The position numbers were made by a program, and so were the translations under genes. Below the pieces are notes generated by a model. It was not told the origin of the DNA. It worked only from the letters and a program-made list of their open reading frames with translations, and ran no database searches. From Schmidtea polychroa (Eukaryota), in NCBI GenBank assembly GCA_044892525.1, contig CM097886.1:163668312-163732311 (forward strand): 64,000 bases of DNA, written 5' to 3'. The stretch's first letter is position 1; the number at the start of each line of letters is the position of its first letter. Shown piece after piece: positions 59,701-64,000 of this stretch.

Positions 59701-61904
59701 TCAAATCAAACCAAAAAATAAATAATTCCATAATTTTCGCAAAAGATACTCCCATATGTGGGAATCTTGTAAAAAAATAAACTTACATTTATTATTATTA
59801 TTAACATTATTATTATTATCGTTATTAATATTATTATTATTATTATTACTATTATTATTATTATTAGTATTATTACCATTAACATTACCACTCTTATCAT
59901 TATTATTACTATTATCATTACTATTATTATTATATTATTAAAATAATTATCTTTATTTCAAAAAATAAAATTATAAAACCGATTATTGATTTTGGGATTC
60001 CCCTATCTCTAAATTTAGTCTCAATGGCCCTATCTTCCAATAAAGTTACGGAAAATCACTAAAATCTATTTTTAGTAACACCCCCCCCGGAAAACGACAT
60101 CAATATTATTAATTTAAATTATATCCATATATAGGTATGTGTGTATATGTATATGTATATATATATGTGTGTGTATATATATGTGTGTGTGTGTATGTAC
60201 ATACAGATTTATAAAGCAACCTTATAAAAATACGATAACCTTCCCCCTCAAGACCCCTGTTATGTGATGGTCACAACCCCCTTAAGGTGATGGAGCGAGG
60301 TTAGAGTAGTTTACTGAAGTAATTTAGTAGAATCATTTATTGATTTATTAGAATTATTGGATTTATTTTTAACTAAATCAAAAGAGACTAAATTTATTTT
60401 TAACTAGATCAAAAAAAAAGAAAAACAAAGACTAAGTTTATTGATTTCGATCATCAACTTTATTCATATAATTGTTTCTTTGAATCATAGTTATACCAAG
60501 GTCCTTCGAGCACGGTTGATGGACCATCCCAATGAAATACATTTCCTGGAGTTGGAAGACTTCTGGATAATTCCTTATTTTCTGCTTCGTTCCTTTTGGT
60601 TCAATGACTTACATATTGATTTGACGTAATATTGTTGGATGGCCAACTATATTCCTTGCATCTCTTTTTGAGTAGTCATTGTCAGATAATTCCGCCAGGA
60701 AGATTAGTTGGTGGAACTGACCTTGGGGCAATCAAACCTTCGTACCTCACTGAATTATTATCAACTCGATTGCTAAGGAAATTAATGAAGTTAATTAATT
60801 AAATTAAGGAAGTTAATTACAATTTTCTCATTGGTGTTGTCAAATGATCTTTGCTCATTCGAGATGTCATAATACATTATTGATCAATAGTAATTGTTCG
60901 GAGATTCGGCCAAATGCTGATATTCCTGAAATATTATGAAATTTTAGGATATAAATGCTTAAAATTTTAATTTATTTACATTATTATATCAAAGTTAACT
61001 AAAATCATATATTTATTCAAAATTTGTTATTTAACATTAATTATAATTACTATAATAAAACAACGAAAATTTAAATAATGTTAAATAACTTTAACAAAAC
61101 AAAAAGTAATAATGAAATCAAAATTCCATTACTTTATTTAAATTATTAGTTACCAACTTGTTCTAGTATTTTAACCTAATGAATTCAAGTATATTACGGA
61201 GTTAGTTTGGTCGTTTGAGGAATATTATAAATTGAAAATTTAAGTAGATTAGAATTATTTACTCTTCATAAGAACTTTTATGATTGTAATGAATCTAAAC
61301 TTCATATATTAATATTACCCATAATTTACAAGTGATATTTGGATTATGTTAAAATAGGTTGTAAGTTAACTTAACTAAATTGAAATTTTCTTTTGATCAG
61401 GTTATCGTGGGGAATGCATGTTATCTTTATCATTTCTATTGTTTCAGTTTATTAAGTTTTTTTTTTATTTTCTAATTAAATTCATTAGTCTCAAAAATTT
61501 CTTGAGGTTTGTTTAATAAACTATGGTTATGTTTCACTTAATTTATATTCAAACATTTTAGATGTGGTGTTGTATGAACAGGCTTTAATAGAGTAATGTA
61601 TGATTCCTGATGACTTATGATCGTTTGAGGATAGAAAGTTTGTATAGGCATAGTTGAGGAAGTGATTATAATAAGGGACCTGCGTAAATCGGACATACAT
61701 CTTCTAACGATAGTCCGTGAACCCATTAGAGTGCTCGACAATTACAGTGCAAGTAGTGCGCTCACTTTTTGCGAGTACTCACCGTCTTGATACAGTACCA
61801 ACGTTGATCGTTCAACGGGTATCAAGCGGTAAACAATGTTGTATCTTGGGTTACGCTGGTAACAGCACTAAAGAGCAAAATATTTGATCATCAGTAACCC
61901 ACCA
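56782..61904 (+). repeat. 3' LTR (5,123 bp), no differences from the 5' LTR seen
   Basis: All five shared ORF-track landmarks sit at offset 15,965 with identical translations; both termini match. Confidence 0.96.
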
Positions 61905-62404
61905 CCCTGTTGACATTTTCAGAAGACAATTCTCTAACGGTAGCAAATACAAAGTCTTCAAATTTATCAGTTCCGACTGGCACTTTACGGTGTGCAAAAA
62001 TCATATTTAAAGTTTTAAGGAAATTATTCAGAGTATTTTCTTATGAATTTATTATTTGTATTTATAAAGAACACGAGGAGTCAGAACAAAGTTCTAATTT
62101 TACCAAGATTTCTTATAAATCAAACATCTCCAAAACATTTTTTATCGCTTACATAATAGCCATGGTACATCAAGAGTGAATAAATGATATTCATCAAGTG
62201 AAAGAAAGGGTCCTCTCTAAAAATATTACTTATCCTCAGTAATTATTGATAATTCATACAGGCCTAGACTTATTCCAGGAACAATGGAACTGGTCGGATT
62301 AAAACAAACGATTTCTTAAATTTATTAATAAAATTAATTAATTTCAAATTGCCTCGAATCATCACTGTTATCGTAATTATATATTAATTAATCATAAGTA
62401 AAAA

Positions 62405-64000
62405 TTAAGTAAAAAAGAATAAATGTTCTTCTTCCTCCCGCACCGCATCCCAATCTATTTCTTTTACATGACAAATAGGCTTAGGCGGATTAGAGCGATA
62501 AACGACCTTTCTACCAAATTTATATCGTGGGGGCATTCGAGCTTTAACCATTGCTTTTTCAATTTTTAAGGCTTCAGCTTCTTTTCTCATTTGTTTTTGT
62601 TTAATTCTAGCAGCTTCTCTTTTACGTTCATCAACTAATCGTTTGGACTTTTGAATAGTAGACCTGTCGTATGATTGGAGTTCAATATATAGAGAATTAA
62701 TTAGACTTTCAATTCTTCGCAACATTTCAACTGTGTTGCTTTTCGTCGAATCTACTTTTTCAAAAACCGAATGATAAAGAGTAATGATTTTCTCGTGCAG
62801 ATAGTCTATCATTTGGTCAATGGTCGTGAACTCCAAGTCTCCGAAATTGAAGATCTTCTTATATTTTTCTAACTCATCAAATTTTAATATGAAATGATCA
62901 ATCTCATCAATGCAAGCAATATTGTCAAGTAGATTTCCAAGTTTGGTTTCTTCCTTTCTGACGTGTCCATCAATTACAAAATTTTGACTCTCCATGTCTT
63001 GTTTGATTTTTCGGATTTTTACCCTCAAAAGCTCACACATTTCTTCCTGTTCTTGGACATTTTCTATCAAACTCAAATTATTGGACTCTAAATTGCTCAG
63101 TAAGTTCACCAAATCTTGTGGACTTTCTAAAAACAAATCGGTTTCATACAAATCATTTTCATCAAAGACCTTTTCTATAGATTCAGCGCTTTGAAACTGC
63201 TGAATGGAAGAAAACTCCGGCATTTCTAGGAGCTCCTCCAAATCCGATTCATTGCTGGCGTTTGTAAATCCAGACAAAATGAGAGATTTTATTTTCTCCA
63301 AGCGATTATGAGTCTTTTCAGAAAGACTATTATTATTTTGGTTTAATTCTTTCACTATGGCAAAGTTGGAATTTGTGTTTGTAATACTGGCCCTCATTTT
63401 ATTAAATACCCTCAATTCACTGTCAGATTTGGAATCTTGTGAGTTAAAGGAATGCAACTCATCTGATAAGGCGGTTTTAATCAACACATCAATTTTCAAT
63501 TCCTCCATAAAGCTCGTTCTTTCTAATACATGTTTCTTTTCCCGTTGCACATGGCACTGTCTTAGGAACTCTTTATATGTTTTTAATCTCAAATATTCCT
63601 CTTCCAGTTTGACACAATCGGCATTTAAATGTGCCATATTGTAACGGGCTCTTTTAACATTTTCAATGACTTCATTTTTCTTGGCCGTTTGTTTTTCAGC
63701 AAGTTTGATGGCGTCAGAAGTTTTCTGACAAATCGTTTTCATGTTCTGATTGTGAATTTCGAGCTGTTTCTGAAGTTCTTCGTTTTTCTCTTTAATGGTA
63801 TTTTCTTCCTGGATGATAATTTCATCAAGTTCTCGAAGTTGAACTTCTTTCATATTGATTGCTAGATCCAACAAACAAACTCGTCTTTTGTCAACGATAA
63901 AATGTATATTTGATTTGAATTTCTCTCTCAACTGTTGTGTCTTAGTTTTTGATGCTTCTGGCGAGTTCAATTCCTGCATTACATCAACCATATCCTGGCT
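62405..64000 (-). CDS. CFAP100: CFAP100/CCDC38-family paralog 3; 5' end probably beyond the window
   Basis: FIVDKRRVCLLDLA, YKEFL, SPQDLVNLLSNLESNNLSLIENVQEQEEMC, GRKVVYRS and terminal LFFFT. Lacks the N-terminal ~100 aa seen in the other two paralogs. Confidence 0.8.
   Translation of the reverse strand, partial: SQDMVDVMQELNSPEASKTKTQQLREKFKSNIHFIVDKRRVCLLDLAINMKEVQLRELDEIIIQEENTIKEKNEELQKQLEIHNQNMKTICQKTSDAIKLAEKQTAKKNEVIENVKRARYNMAHLNADCVKLEEEYLRLKTYKEFLRQCHVQREKKHVLERTSFMEELKIDVLIKTALSDELHSFNSQDSKSDSELRVFNKMRASITNTNSNFAIVKELNQNNNSLSEKTHNRLEKIKSLILSGFTNASNESDLEELLEMPEFSSIQQFQSAESIEKVFDENDLYETDLFLESPQDLVNLLSNLESNNLSLIENVQEQEEMCELLRVKIRKIKQDMESQNFVIDGHVRKEETKLGNLLDNIACIDEIDHFILKFDELEKYKKIFNFGDLEFTTIDQMIDYLHEKIITLYHSVFEKVDSTKSNTVEMLRRIESLINSLYIELQSYDRSTIQKSKRLVDERKREAARIKQKQMRKEAEALKIEKAMVKARMPPRYKFGRKVVYRSNPPKPICHVKEIDWDAVREEEEHLFFFT

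Larger units (their letters stand above)
40817..61904 (+). mobile_element. Giant (21,088 bp) pol-less LTR element with 5,123-bp LTRs
   Basis: Direct repeats at a constant offset of 15,965 bp; TG...CA ends; CCCT TSD (40813-40816, 61905-61908); PBS; gag. No RT or integrase ORF in the six-frame track. Confidence 0.95.

Noticed and set aside
40817-61904. Simple segmental duplication or assembly duplication of 5 kb
   Set aside because: TG...CA termini, a 4-bp TSD, an adjacent PBS and an internal gag identify the repeats as LTRs.

Overview
AT-rich eukaryotic, probably metazoan, scaffold with three N gaps; overall character is planarian-like, but that is inference only. Host genes are three divergent single-ORF CFAP100/CCDC38-family (DUF4200) paralogs and one compact intronless eIF4G-like gene. 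Most of the rest is transposon-derived. The dominant feature is a 21.1-kb LTR element (40817-61904) with two apparently identical 5,123-bp LTRs, a CCCT target-site duplication (TSD) and a tRNA-Pro primer-binding site (PBS). It encodes a Ty3/gypsy-type Gag and a 1,060-aa ORF whose C-terminal half looks like a type-I membrane protein with three 4-Cys repeats. It also carries a decayed C3HC4 RING ORF, but no RT, RNase H or integrase. A related 5.7-kb solo LTR (27603-33289, TSD TATT) contains two GC-rich ORFs inside the LTR, each preceded by a splice-acceptor-like site; a third, decayed relative (ending at 8474) holds a pseudogenised homolog of one of them. Also present: a near-complete short-LTR gypsy element (19123-24125) and a truncated sister copy, a 918-bp solo LTR, and hAT, Tc1, piggyBac, Harbinger and Stowaway-like remnants or MITEs. 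All alignments were done by eye; no database searches were run.
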